Shown here: positions 47,013-55,423 of the stretch, piece after piece
Position numbering within the stretch: position 1 is the first letter of the stretch
Layout of the letters: each line of letters begins with the position of its first letter
Virus record (IMG/VR): IMGVR_UViG_3300046490_000096
Span: 1-64,000 of that record
Length of the DNA: 64,000 bases
Strand: one strand, 5' to 3'
Origin: a virus
Lineage: Duplodnaviria; Caudoviricetes
The notes under the pieces: generated by a model
What the model was told of the DNA's origin: nothing
The model's input: only the letters and a program-made list of their open reading frames with translations
Database searches by the model: none
Translations under genes and position numbers: made by a program

Positions 47013-47185
47013 GACTTTGTTCCTTTCAGCTTCTCGCACCTCTCGGCTATCGCGTTGGTGCAGTCGACTCGGCAGGATTCGCACGCATCCTCGGCCGGCG
47101 TGGCATCGCGGCTCACTTGCCTCCGCCACCACGCCCGGGCCGCGTCGGTCAGGTCCAGCCAGGCCACCGCGAGCCGACCGATCAC
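47009..47185 (-). CDS. Small Cys-containing hypothetical protein
   Basis: GTGA overlap; CESCRVDC..C. Confidence 0.4.
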   Translation of the reverse strand: MIGRLAVAWLDLTDAARAWWRRQVSRDATPAEDACESCRVDCTNAIAERCEKLKGTKS

Positions 47186-47394
47186 CGCGTCCTCTCGGAC
47201 AGCAGGCCCATGACGTTGTCCCAAAGGTCCCGCAATCCGCCCCGCTTCTCGGCCTTGGCTACGATGGCCTCGGCGATGGCTTTCGAATCGACGCGTCCGA
47301 GCGTCTTGTGGTAGCAGCGGCTAGGGTCGCGAGCTACCAGATCCGCCATTGTCTTGACGGCGGGCAGGGGCTGCGTTTGGGTGAGCTTGCTCAC
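47182..47394 (-). CDS. Small hypothetical protein
   Basis: GTGA overlap with the 47391 gene; MSKLTQTQP.. Confidence 0.45.
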   Translation of the reverse strand: MSKLTQTQPLPAVKTMADLVARDPSRCYHKTLGRVDSKAIAEAIVAKAEKRGGLRDLWDNVMGLLSERTR

Positions 47395-48449
47395 AGCGCA
47401 CCTCTCGCCGCCAGCAGATCGCGAGCCGCGGCCTCTATCGCCCGTTGCGCCCGCGCGTCCCGAGTCGCACGCAGCACACCGGACGGCGCCCCCTCCTCGA
47501 CGGACAGACCATGGGCCGCGCAATACTGGCGAATTCCTTGATCGCAGAGTCCAGCGGCGCGGGCGTGCTGATAAGTCACGCGGATGTTTGGGCACATGAC
47601 CGTCACCAGGTGTAGCCGGCGTGCCTGGCGATGGGTCTGGCGCTTCTCCGCGTTCTCCCGCTCCACCACGGCGCGCTTGGCCGCAATCTCGGCTTTGCAC
47701 GCTGCCACGGTGGCTCCGTGCTCCCATTTCCCAAATCGCCCCTGGAGATCTGTCGGCATCGCGATGGCCACGCCAGTGCGACGGAAGCTTGAATTGTAGC
47801 GGTCCACCCGAGTGCCCCGGTCGACTGCCAGGATCTCCCCGTCGAGCAGCGCACCTTGCTTGCGCTTGCGCCAGCCGTTCGGCAGGCCCTTGAGCGAGAT
47901 GGTGGCTGCCACCTTATCCAGGTGAGTGCGTAGCTCGACCGACAGAGCGGCGACGCCTCCCGCGGGCAGAGCTGGCGTCACGGTCGCGTGGACGCATCGG
48001 CGAGCAAGCCCGACGATCTGCGCGCCTGCGTTTCTCCACTTTTTCGGCCCGTAGGAGTTGTGCCACGACTTGCTGTAGTAGTCCCGACTCGAATCCTCTT
48101 GCCCACCGCGGCCGTAACTCACCACCGCCTCGGACGATGCCGCCAGAGGCTTGACGTGCTTGTGCCACGCATACCCAAGTGCCAAGGCCAGCGCCTTGAG
48201 CCCCATCCGCTCGGTGACGTCGACCGCCCGCGTGGCCCATGCCCGATATTCGCGCGACGTTTTGACCTTGCCTGCCGCCAAAGCACCGCGGTCGTCGTAG
48301 ATTCGCTCCGGTGGCATTGCGCGACGGCGCGCGAGAATAGCGCCCGCTCGCTCGCGACGGATGCGCGGACTACGGCGGGCGGCGATGCGCTCGGCCTCGA
48401 CCAGGTTTTGCTCGACGGTGCGGGTAGCGCAAAGTGGTAATCGCTTCAT
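47391..48449 (-). CDS. Arg/Ala-rich hypothetical protein with C-terminal ARAAGLC..GI..HGL domain
   Basis: 352 aa; the C-terminal motif is seen in other phage proteins. Confidence 0.6.
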   Translation of the reverse strand: MKRLPLCATRTVEQNLVEAERIAARRSPRIRRERAGAILARRRAMPPERIYDDRGALAAGKVKTSREYRAWATRAVDVTERMGLKALALALGYAWHKHVKPLAASSEAVVSYGRGGQEDSSRDYYSKSWHNSYGPKKWRNAGAQIVGLARRCVHATVTPALPAGGVAALSVELRTHLDKVAATISLKGLPNGWRKRKQGALLDGEILAVDRGTRVDRYNSSFRRTGVAIAMPTDLQGRFGKWEHGATVAACKAEIAAKRAVVERENAEKRQTHRQARRLHLVTVMCPNIRVTYQHARAAGLCDQGIRQYCAAHGLSVEEGAPSGVLRATRDARAQRAIEAAARDLLAARGAL

Positions 48450-48476
48450 GGTCTTGCTCCGTTCTTGGGTTGGCTG

Positions 48477-48764
48477 CTAGAGGCTGGTGGTGGTGAAGTT
48501 GGTGTTGAGGCGCTTGGTGGTGTCCATGTGCATGAGCACCGCCGCTGCAATGTCGTACTCGGTCACCCGATGCGCCTTGGTCATGGCCAAGACAATGGCT
48601 TCCCGCTTGCCCTGGACCGCATAGCGCTCTTCCTGCGTCGCGATCTCGGTGTCGTACTCGTGGGTCAGATTGAGCGCTTCTTCTAGAAGCTTGCCGACGG
48701 TGGCCAGCTTGCGGTTGATTGCGCGCTCCATCTTGGCCATCTCGGTCTGTGTTTTCGTTGACAT
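48477..48764 (-). CDS. Helical hypothetical protein (leaderless start)
   Basis: MSTKTQTEM start lies 6 nt after the -10 box of class 1 promoter B. Confidence 0.6.
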   Translation of the reverse strand: MSTKTQTEMAKMERAINRKLATVGKLLEEALNLTHEYDTEIATQEERYAVQGKREAIVLAMTKAHRVTEYDIAAAVLMHMDTTKRLNTNFTTTSL

Positions 48765-48768
48765 ACCC

Positions 48769-48841
48769 TCAAGATACAGCCGGACCGATTCCCGGTCAAT
48801 GGTATTTTTCAAGTACCGTGAAATAAAATGCAGCGAGTCAA
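48769..48841 (-). promoter_or_regulatory. Repeated promoter element class 1, copy B
   Basis: TTGACC-17-TATCTT; GACCG-N5-CGGTC inverted repeat in the spacer; direct repeat of 45571-45644. Confidence 0.8.
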
Positions 48842-48863
48842 GCGGCCGCGCAATTCCCTAGGA

Positions 48864-49637
48864 TTATCGGCTAGTTACGTCGCCAGCTGTGCCAGCGCCG
48901 CGCCCGAGAATCGCCGCCCCCCACCTGCTTATTGCTTCGCGACAGAAGAATTGACTCATTACGGTGTCTGTCCCCTTCCCCATCGGGTAGTCCCGCATTT
49001 CCTCGTCCCATACGCACCACGAACAGCGGCACTGAGGCGGATGCCCCTCGTACTCGTCTCGCGGGATGACCCACGCCTGGTTCTTGAACTCGACCTCGAG
49101 GGAAGGGAGCCCGTAGGTCGGGTCGACCTTCGATGCGAACCCGGTCGTGTAGCTTTCGATCTTGTACCAGATGGAGCTCGAACTCGGGTCGCTCTGAATC
49201 CAGTCCACGAGGCTCTGCTGGTAGCCGTTGTTCTCGACCATGATGATCGACAGCGTGGGGTGCCGCTCGTTTACCCCGGCGATGTGGGCCGCGGTCTCGG
49301 GCGACTTCCAGCCTCCCCGGAGTATCTCGAGCGGATACCGGCGAAGGGTGGCCGGGTCGATTGCCGCCACGAAGATGACGTTGCCCGGCCTGGCCTTGCC
49401 CGCCAGGTCGACTCCGGCGAACACGGGCCATCCCCTGCGCGCGACCTCGCCCAGGACGACGCCGTGGGAGTAGCACGTGGTGAAGCTCGGGAACATCCGC
49501 TCCTCGTCCGAGAAAGCGCGCATCTGGAAGCCGCGGGAGAAGGCGCGAGGGTTGTCGGCCTGCTCCTGGCGTAGGCGCTCGGTGTTCCAGTGGGCCTGCC
49601 AGACGGGGACGGAGCGGATGCGGCGCTCGCTGTTCAC
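48864..49637 (-). CDS. Terminase large subunit, stand-alone nuclease (RNase H-like) half
   Basis: VW..HWNTERL..NPRAFSRGFQ linker; FAGVDLA; IMVENNGYQ; YPMGKGTDTVMS; own GTG start coupled to the upstream gene. Confidence 0.85.
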   Translation of the reverse strand: MNSERRIRSVPVWQAHWNTERLRQEQADNPRAFSRGFQMRAFSDEERMFPSFTTCYSHGVVLGEVARRGWPVFAGVDLAGKARPGNVIFVAAIDPATLRRYPLEILRGGWKSPETAAHIAGVNERHPTLSIIMVENNGYQQSLVDWIQSDPSSSSIWYKIESYTTGFASKVDPTYGLPSLEVEFKNQAWVIPRDEYEGHPPQCRCSWCVWDEEMRDYPMGKGTDTVMSQFFCREAISRWGAAILGRGAGTAGDVTSR

Positions 49638-49837
49638 GTCGCAGACCCCTCGTCGTCGACTTCCACCAGGAGGACGACTTCAAGCTCTCCGAGGTAGCGC
49701 GGTATCCACTCCATCTTGAGCCGGTGGGCCTCGGGCATCGCGGCCTCCTCGCTTGGGAACAGCATCTTGCTCTGGATGAAGGGTTCGGTGTCCCCAATCT
49801 TGCGCACGGCTGGCCTGTAGAGCGCGCGAGCCATCAC
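49634..49837 (-). CDS. Small hypothetical protein
   Basis: 67 aa; GTGA-coupled to the terminase nuclease gene. Confidence 0.5.
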   Translation of the reverse strand: MMARALYRPAVRKIGDTEPFIQSKMLFPSEEAAMPEAHRLKMEWIPRYLGELEVVLLVEVDDEGSAT

Positions 49838-50058
49838 GCCCGGCCCCGATCGCGCACCGATGCCACCACGTCCATCAACTCGACCAGCCTAGCCCTTCTC
49901 TCGCGGTCCTCTTTGGCAGACGCGTAGAAGTAGCGGACCACGCACCACTGCTTCCTGTCACAGTCCGCTGCTGGGTAGACCGTGCGCACCTGCTCGTTCA
50001 GGAAGTGCGTCCGCTTCAAGTGCTGGCGGCGGGCTCCGAAGCGGTAGTAGGAGATCAT
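49834..50058 (-). CDS. Small hypothetical protein
   Basis: 74 aa, overlapping neighbours. Confidence 0.45.
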   Translation of the reverse strand: MISYYRFGARRQHLKRTHFLNEQVRTVYPAADCDRKQWCVVRYFYASAKEDRERRARLVELMDVVASVRDRGRA

Positions 50059-50240
50059 GCCGGACTCGCTCCCTCGCCTGCCTTCACGGTCACGCGTCCG
50101 CAGCGGTAGCAGAATAGGTCATGCGTCTTTAGGTCATCCAACGTGAGATTGCGATCCATCGGCGTCAGATCGCCTAGTTCATCATCGCCGCACACCGGGC
50201 AAATCGGCCAGCCGTCTTCGCGCCAGGATTCTGGCTTCAC
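50055..50240 (-). CDS. Small Zn-ribbon protein
   Basis: CPVC..CYRC. Confidence 0.55.
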   Translation of the reverse strand: MKPESWREDGWPICPVCGDDELGDLTPMDRNLTLDDLKTHDLFCYRCGRVTVKAGEGASPA

Positions 50241-50476
50241 GCCCGGCCTCGATTCACATGCCCGTGCATGATCCCCATGTCGGTCATCGTCTCGGCGGAC
50301 ACCTCACCTTGAACCCGCGGGGAGTCCTCCGGGTCGTCGAAGATTTCCGCCTCGTCCTCGGCCTTGCCGTCGAGGTAGCCTTCGACGAAGTCCTGCATGT
50401 CGGCGATGGCTTCCTTGCGCTCCTCGGGCAGGAGCTTCTCAAACTCCCGGTAGAACGCCTTGGTCAGGGGGTGCAT
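50237..50476 (-). CDS. Small acidic hypothetical protein
   Basis: MHPLTKAFY start, TGATG-coupled. Confidence 0.55.
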   Translation of the reverse strand: MHPLTKAFYREFEKLLPEERKEAIADMQDFVEGYLDGKAEDEAEIFDDPEDSPRVQGEVSAETMTDMGIMHGHVNRGRA

Positions 50477-51837
50477 CACCCCGCCGCCTCCACCTCTACT
50501 GGATCTTCTTCCCTCACCCACACAGCTAGCCTCGCCCGCACCACATTCCAGTCCAGGTTCCTGAACGCCGCCGCCATGCCCACGTCCTTCCGCGCGCCGT
50601 AGTCCATCATGTACGCGTCCGGGCTTGCGTCGATGGCCAGCAGGACCGGGCAGCCAGCCGGCACGCCTTCGTAGCCTCCGCCCACCAGCGCGTTTCGCAC
50701 GGCGTTTCGGCGCGGGTCCCAGACCGTGAGCGCCCAGCCTTGCTCGACGCTTCCCAGAATTGCCCGCAGGTCCAGCAGGTAGCTTGTCATCGAGCCCCAG
50801 GTCTTCGTCACCTCGCGGAGCAGAACGCCCGTGGGCATCTTCGCGAAGTCCGGCACCTCGCCGATGTAGTCCTTGTTCCGCGTGAGGGCCTCGAAGTACA
50901 GCTCATGCAACCGGACCGCGTTGTAGGCGGCCGGCTCCTGGCGTAGCAGCTCCGAATGCTCGGACCAGCCTTCGAAGCTCTTGAACGGCCTCGCCCCTTG
51001 CCCCGTGCCAAGAGCTTCTCCCACGGTGCCCTTGAGCTTGCGATACGAGACGGGCCGGCCTGGGTAGAGGTTCGTCGGCGCCGCGTTCAGGATACCAGCC
51101 TTGGCCAGGCCTTCCATGTAGCGGAGCTTGTCCAGCGCCTTGGGCCAGTCCGCGTATTCCTGCTCCCACTGTGATGTCGGGTCCAGCCAGCAGGCGAACG
51201 TCTCGGCCCAGTCCTCGTCCGGATGCTTCTGGCCGTAGTGGTCGCTCACGTCCGTGAGGTACTCCACGAAATCCTCGCTCCGCGCGTCCGAAGGGAACTC
51301 GTCGCGATACGGAATCCGGAAGTCACCGAAGAGCGCTTCCCAGTCCGGTCGGCGCCACAGCTCGTGCGTGTAGTTGACCGCGTGGCCTATCTCGTGGCGT
51401 AGGCACTTGAGCACCTCGTCTTGCGAGTAAGCCGTCCCTTCCTGCCTGTTCGCCAGTCGCCAAAGCGTAGGGTTGGCCAGGTACCACGGGATGTTGATGC
51501 TCAGCCCGCGGTCAGTCGTCCACCAGTCGTCATCGCCCAGGTAAAAGTTGGGCGACACGTTCACGCCGGCCGCGACCAGCTCCTTCTTCACCTGGTAGAT
51601 GGCCGCCGCCAGCGCACCCTGAATCTTGAGCTCCAGGGAAGCCACAGGAGCCGCCAGTATCGCCGCGACCTTGGGCGGAGGAGACTCGCCCCAGTCCGTG
51701 AGCGGGTAGGCCGCCTCGATCGCGTTCAGGCGCTTCACCGCCTCCGCGTATCCGCCCAGGTGCGCGGCCAGCATGCGGTCGCTGATCCCGACCAAGTGGC
51801 CGCGAAGGTAGGAGAAGTCTCGGGCGATGATGGGCAT
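50476..51837 (-). CDS. Degenerate Fe/Mn-SOD-fold protein with inserted HExxH zinc metallopeptidase (Peptidase_Mx-like) domain
   Basis: SOD helix 1 (DFSYL..GISDRMLAAH); insert with HEIGH and YGQKHPDEDWAETFACWL; SOD remainder NAVRLHELYF..WGS..GWA..IDASPDAYMMDYG..FRNLDWNVV. Start at 51837. Confidence 0.8.
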   Translation of the reverse strand: MPIIARDFSYLRGHLVGISDRMLAAHLGGYAEAVKRLNAIEAAYPLTDWGESPPPKVAAILAAPVASLELKIQGALAAAIYQVKKELVAAGVNVSPNFYLGDDDWWTTDRGLSINIPWYLANPTLWRLANRQEGTAYSQDEVLKCLRHEIGHAVNYTHELWRRPDWEALFGDFRIPYRDEFPSDARSEDFVEYLTDVSDHYGQKHPDEDWAETFACWLDPTSQWEQEYADWPKALDKLRYMEGLAKAGILNAAPTNLYPGRPVSYRKLKGTVGEALGTGQGARPFKSFEGWSEHSELLRQEPAAYNAVRLHELYFEALTRNKDYIGEVPDFAKMPTGVLLREVTKTWGSMTSYLLDLRAILGSVEQGWALTVWDPRRNAVRNALVGGGYEGVPAGCPVLLAIDASPDAYMMDYGARKDVGMAAAFRNLDWNVVRARLAVWVREEDPVEVEAAG

Positions 51838-51842
51838 GGGTT

Positions 51843-52232
51843 CTATCCTACCACCGGCACGACCGTGACCCATACGCCGGGCTTGGTCCCCTGCATGTGA
51901 TTGTGAGTGCTTCCCAGGTAGTAATCCGGGCTGTCGTCCAGAATGAGCTTGGCCGTCTTGAGCCCATCGTTGACAAACTTCGTTCCAGCTTCGCGATTGT
52001 CCCGATCCATCTCGGACTTGTTGCCGTTGATGGGAGCCACCCACAGGAGTTCCAGCCGGTATGCTCCGGCCACCTTGGTGACCTGCGCAGCCTTTGCCAT
52101 CCAAGCGACGTTCTCGGTCCACAGCTTCTTCAGACGAGCGTACTTGAATCCACGCCCGCCGCATCCCTTGCACGCTTCGATGACCTCGTTTAGGCCGGGC
52201 ATCTGGCCGTTGACCCAAAAGCGCGTTGCCAC
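51843..52232 (-). CDS. rusA: RusA-like Holliday junction resolvase
   Basis: PGLNE..KK..DRDNREAGTKFVNDGL..ILDDS; GTG start at 52232. Confidence 0.75.
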   Translation of the reverse strand: MATRFWVNGQMPGLNEVIEACKGCGGRGFKYARLKKLWTENVAWMAKAAQVTKVAGAYRLELLWVAPINGNKSEMDRDNREAGTKFVNDGLKTAKLILDDSPDYYLGSTHNHMQGTKPGVWVTVVPVVG

Positions 52233-52233
52233 C

Positions 52234-52419
52234 CTATCCTCCCATGAAGGATCGTCCCGTGGCCGTCTCGCACGCCTCCGACCAGCCGCCGCGCTCCGGA
52301 CGTGCATTGCCGCACGCCTCGCAAAACACGCCGTCGTCGTCTTCCCGCTCGACGTGTCCACGAGTAGTTCCATCCGGGTTGGGGACGAAACGCACGTCCG
52401 GGAACGGCTCCGGACTCAT
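52234..52419 (-). CDS. Small Zn-binding hypothetical protein
   Basis: MSPEPFPD..CEAC; ATGA-type overlap. Confidence 0.45.
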   Translation of the reverse strand: MSPEPFPDVRFVPNPDGTTRGHVEREDDDGVFCEACGNARPERGGWSEACETATGRSFMGG

Positions 52420-52670
52420 TGACAGGTGCTCGCCGCGGTCAGTGCCTTCACGTCCCAGGGCACCGTTTGGGCCGCGTTGGTGCAGACCTCGGCGCAGGTG
52501 TGGCCCATGGGTGTTGGCTTCGCCCAGGTGCATCCCAGCTTCGTTCCTTGCGCGCACGCAGAGGTGCATGTCGCGGCCGGCGCGGGACAGGGCTTGGTGG
52601 CCTCGGTCGGGCAAGGCGTGGTAGCGCAGGCCGAAAACAACGCGATCACCATGATGAATATGATTTTCAT
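52416..52670 (-). CDS. Cys-rich lipoprotein
   Basis: Lipobox FSAC and eight further Cys. Confidence 0.75.
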   Translation of the reverse strand: MKIIFIMVIALFSACATTPCPTEATKPCPAPAATCTSACAQGTKLGCTWAKPTPMGHTCAEVCTNAAQTVPWDVKALTAASTCQ

Positions 52671-53488
52671 TGTCGAACTCCAGCGGGGACGAGCAGGTTG
52701 ATCCAGAGGTCAGAAGCCCCGTAGTTAGGGCTGGTCAAATAGTCATATCCGAACCTGCAGCAACCATCTGGAAGTCCAGGCTCATGCCCGCCTTCCTTGC
52801 CCCAGGAGCCCTTGATGAGGACCCACTCCTCGGCATGGTTGAACCCGGCAATCGTGAGACAGTGGCCTCCCGCGATGGTGTCGCGCGATGTCGGCGCGTG
52901 AATGATTCCGGTCGGGGTTGAGCTGCAGAACTCTTCAGTGACGAGACAGCCGAAGGGGATGCCGTGCTTTGCGGTTGAGGCCGTTTCGATGTCACCAATC
53001 AGTGTCGCACCTTGCGAGCTGATGGGATGATAGTTGATTCCAATGGTCCCCCGCGAATCAAAGGCCGCCCTGTCCACGTCAGGACCTGGAAGCTGTTTGA
53101 ACTTCGAGATGTCGTACGGGTACACGCTCTCATTCGGCACACCCTTGGCAGCCAAGATGGTGTAGGCGTCCCCGATGTTTCCGCCTGCGTCCTGGTTTAC
53201 TTTGCCCTCCAGATACCGGATACCGAAATAGAGCCAAAGGCGCGCCAGCACGAATGCGGGAACGCCAGCCTTCTTCATGGCCATGTACATGGCCTGCGCC
53301 GGTCCGTTGCTCTGGCAGCTTCCCAGCTGGCCCTGGTCGAGGTCGCAGGTAAGCGAGGAGTTGTCGGCCGACTTTGCCTTCGCAAGCCCAGCCAGCACAC
53401 TATCGCCGGCCTCTGGGTGCGCCTTCAGCAGCGTCCTGATTCGTTGCTCTGGAGTTGGGGCTACCCAACCGAGTGCTCTTGTGTTCAT
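52667..53488 (-). CDS. Papain-family (C1A) cysteine peptidase
   Basis: DQGQLGSC, LWLY..R, GGHC, IKGSWG; start MNTRALG at 53488. Confidence 0.85.
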   Translation of the reverse strand: MNTRALGWVAPTPEQRIRTLLKAHPEAGDSVLAGLAKAKSADNSSLTCDLDQGQLGSCQSNGPAQAMYMAMKKAGVPAFVLARLWLYFGIRYLEGKVNQDAGGNIGDAYTILAAKGVPNESVYPYDISKFKQLPGPDVDRAAFDSRGTIGINYHPISSQGATLIGDIETASTAKHGIPFGCLVTEEFCSSTPTGIIHAPTSRDTIAGGHCLTIAGFNHAEEWVLIKGSWGKEGGHEPGLPDGCCRFGYDYLTSPNYGASDLWINLLVPAGVRQ

Positions 53489-53808
53489 TGATTTTCCTTT
53501 CGTTTGCATGCTGGCCAGTACGGTTCGCCACAGCTCCCCGCGGCCACTTTTGCTTGAGCTTCCCCGCGGCACGGCTCCTCGATGCCACAAGCGTTCCACG
53601 CGCAAGCCGACCACACCATTCCCTGGTCGTCCACGCAGGAGGCTGGGACAGCGTAGTGGGGCGTGCAGCGCGGCTTCGCGTGAGCCTGCTCGAGGCGGGC
53701 CGCGAGTTCGGTTCCTGGCGTCGGATCGTGCGGCGCTGTCGCGCAGCTAGCGAGCGTCCCGATGATGAGGCCAGCCAGCCAGAGCCAGAGCAGGTGGATT
53801 GGCTTCAC
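53485..53808 (-). CDS. Cys-rich lipoprotein
   Basis: GTG start; LWLWLAGLIIGTLASC lipobox; seven further Cys. Confidence 0.7.
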   Translation of the reverse strand: MKPIHLLWLWLAGLIIGTLASCATAPHDPTPGTELAARLEQAHAKPRCTPHYAVPASCVDDQGMVWSACAWNACGIEEPCRGEAQAKVAAGSCGEPYWPACKRKENQ

Positions 53809-54314
53809 TTCCCCATCCTCGCCGCCTGCATCCGTTCCCCCTCCTCGCGCCCCAACATCGCCGCCTTGTGGACGTACGCCGGGCTGCCACCGAACGACGT
53901 CCCGAGCCCGAAGAGTAGCCGCCACTGGACTTGCGCCGGGCCGCTGGGCTGCTCGATGATCTCCGGCCCCGCGCCGATCTGGATGTAGTTGGCGATGGAC
54001 AAGATGAGCGACGGCGCGAGCTGATTCGGCTGCCCCTGTCCCACGAGGAACGAAGCATAGAGAGCAGCGCCGAGGGCAACCGGACCAGAGTAGGTCACAC
54101 CGTAACCAACACCGGGGACGATGCCGCCCGAGAACTTCGAGGTGTTCAGGTTGAATTCCCCGACTGTGATTGCGACCGCTGGGCCGACGCATGTCTTCTG
54201 GTCGACGCCGAAGCACGTCCCAAATTGCGGGGTCTGCGCGTGCGCCTGCGTAGCCCCTGGAATTGCGTAGGTGGCCACAAAGGCGAGCAAGAATGCAAAG
54301 AGAAGTCGTTTCAT
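53805..54314 (-). CDS. Exported protein, possible small outer-membrane beta-barrel
   Basis: Signal peptide (AHA-Q); amphipathic strands GVGYGVTY, LGAALYASF, IQIGAG, WRLLFGLG. Confidence 0.55.
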   Translation of the reverse strand: MKRLLFAFLLAFVATYAIPGATQAHAQTPQFGTCFGVDQKTCVGPAVAITVGEFNLNTSKFSGGIVPGVGYGVTYSGPVALGAALYASFLVGQGQPNQLAPSLILSIANYIQIGAGPEIIEQPSGPAQVQWRLLFGLGTSFGGSPAYVHKAAMLGREEGERMQAARMGK

Positions 54315-54715
54315 GTGGTGGGTCCTTTCTTGAACGGAACGGTGATGGGTGTCTTGTCATCCTGCAACGGCACGGCCTGTTGCTTGGCCGGAGTGTTGAC
54401 CGAATCTGGGTCAGCAGAGCGCGGGGCTTGCACCATGGGCACCACGTTGTCCTTGGCCGGGTTCCACGGCGCAACCGCACCGGGGGGCGTGGCGAGTCCC
54501 GCCTTGGCCATAGTCTGCCTGAGCCACGGCAAGGCCAGCGCCAGACCTCCGCAGGCCAGCACCAAGATCCCGAGGATATGCACGATGCCCGTCACGTGGG
54601 GAATTCCGCTGGCGGTAAGCCAGTTCGCAGCGGCTTGGATGTCCGGTCCTGATACCGCCAGAATGCCCAGAAAAATCAGGACGGTGTTTCGATTCAGAGC
54701 TACGGGTAGCTTCAT
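54311..54715 (-). CDS. Membrane protein, holin-like
   Basis: Two to three hydrophobic segments followed by a Pro-rich soluble tail. Confidence 0.55.
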   Translation of the reverse strand: MKLPVALNRNTVLIFLGILAVSGPDIQAAANWLTASGIPHVTGIVHILGILVLACGGLALALPWLRQTMAKAGLATPPGAVAPWNPAKDNVVPMVQAPRSADPDSVNTPAKQQAVPLQDDKTPITVPFKKGPTT

Positions 54716-55110
54716 GGTGTCACGTTCCCTTCTCGGTCGATGGTATCACGGCGGCGGACCTCCAAATTCCACAAAGCCTGCCAGCGCGCGACCTGCCCGG
54801 TCTGCCACTCGCGAAGCCGCTCCTTCTTCCACCCCTTGAACACTCCCGCGTTGGCGTGGAAGTCCATGTGGCACTTGTGGGCCATTGGCACACCCTGATC
54901 GTGCCCAGACTTCTTGCCCATGGCTCGGTTCTGTGTGTTGTGGTGCACCTCGACGGGACCGCACCCTCCCACGCGTGGGCAGCAACAGCGCTGCTTGTGC
55001 AGCCACTCAAGACGGAGCTTGTCTTCCGGCGCGATTGGCTTGGCCTTGCGCACCCGTCGCATCGGCTTACGCCGGATTGGAGTCTTGCGTTTGAGTGGTG
55101 TTCGCTTCAT
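54712..55110 (-). CDS. Basic HNH-like nuclease (Ref/DUF968-like)
   Basis: MKRTPLKRKTP start; WLHKQRCCC..VEVHH..VPMAHKCHMDFH. Confidence 0.65.
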   Translation of the reverse strand: MKRTPLKRKTPIRRKPMRRVRKAKPIAPEDKLRLEWLHKQRCCCPRVGGCGPVEVHHNTQNRAMGKKSGHDQGVPMAHKCHMDFHANAGVFKGWKKERLREWQTGQVARWQALWNLEVRRRDTIDREGNVTP

Positions 55111-55123
55111 GTGATCCCCATTG

Positions 55124-55423
55124 TTAGCCCTCGCCCCAGCCCGCGCCACCGCCCTCGCCAGCGCCCCAGCCCGCGCCCTCGCCCTCGCCAGCGCCCTCGC
55201 CCGCGCCCTCGCCCTCGCCCGCGCCCTCGCCCGCGCCCGCGCCACCGCCCTCGCCAGCGCCCCAGCCCGCGCCAGCGCCCTCGCCAGCGCCCCAGCCCGC
55301 GCCCGCGCCACCGCCCCAGCCCGCGCCCTCGCCAGCGCCCCAGCCCGCGCCCGCGCCACCGCCCCAGCCCGCGCCCGCGCCACCGCCCTCGCCAGCGCCC
55401 GCGCCCGCGCCCCAGCCCGTCAC
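55124..55423 (-). CDS. Glycine-rich repeat protein (GAG/GWG/GEG)
   Basis: GTGA-coupled to the DUF6948-like gene; 99 aa of Gx repeats. Confidence 0.6.
   Translation of the reverse strand: MTGWGAGAGAGEGGGAGAGWGGGAGAGWGAGEGAGWGGGAGAGWGAGEGAGAGWGAGEGGGAGAGEGAGEGEGAGEGAGEGEGAGWGAGEGGGAGWGEG

Noticed and set aside
51838-52218. 127-aa N-terminal extension of the SOD-peptidase ORF
   Set aside because: Overlaps the RusA gene in another frame; SOD similarity starts at Met 51837.
55111-55383. ARARAG-repeat N-terminal extension of the 54712 ORF
   Set aside because: Alternative frame of the Gly-repeat gene. The nuclease has its own RBS and ATG at 55110.
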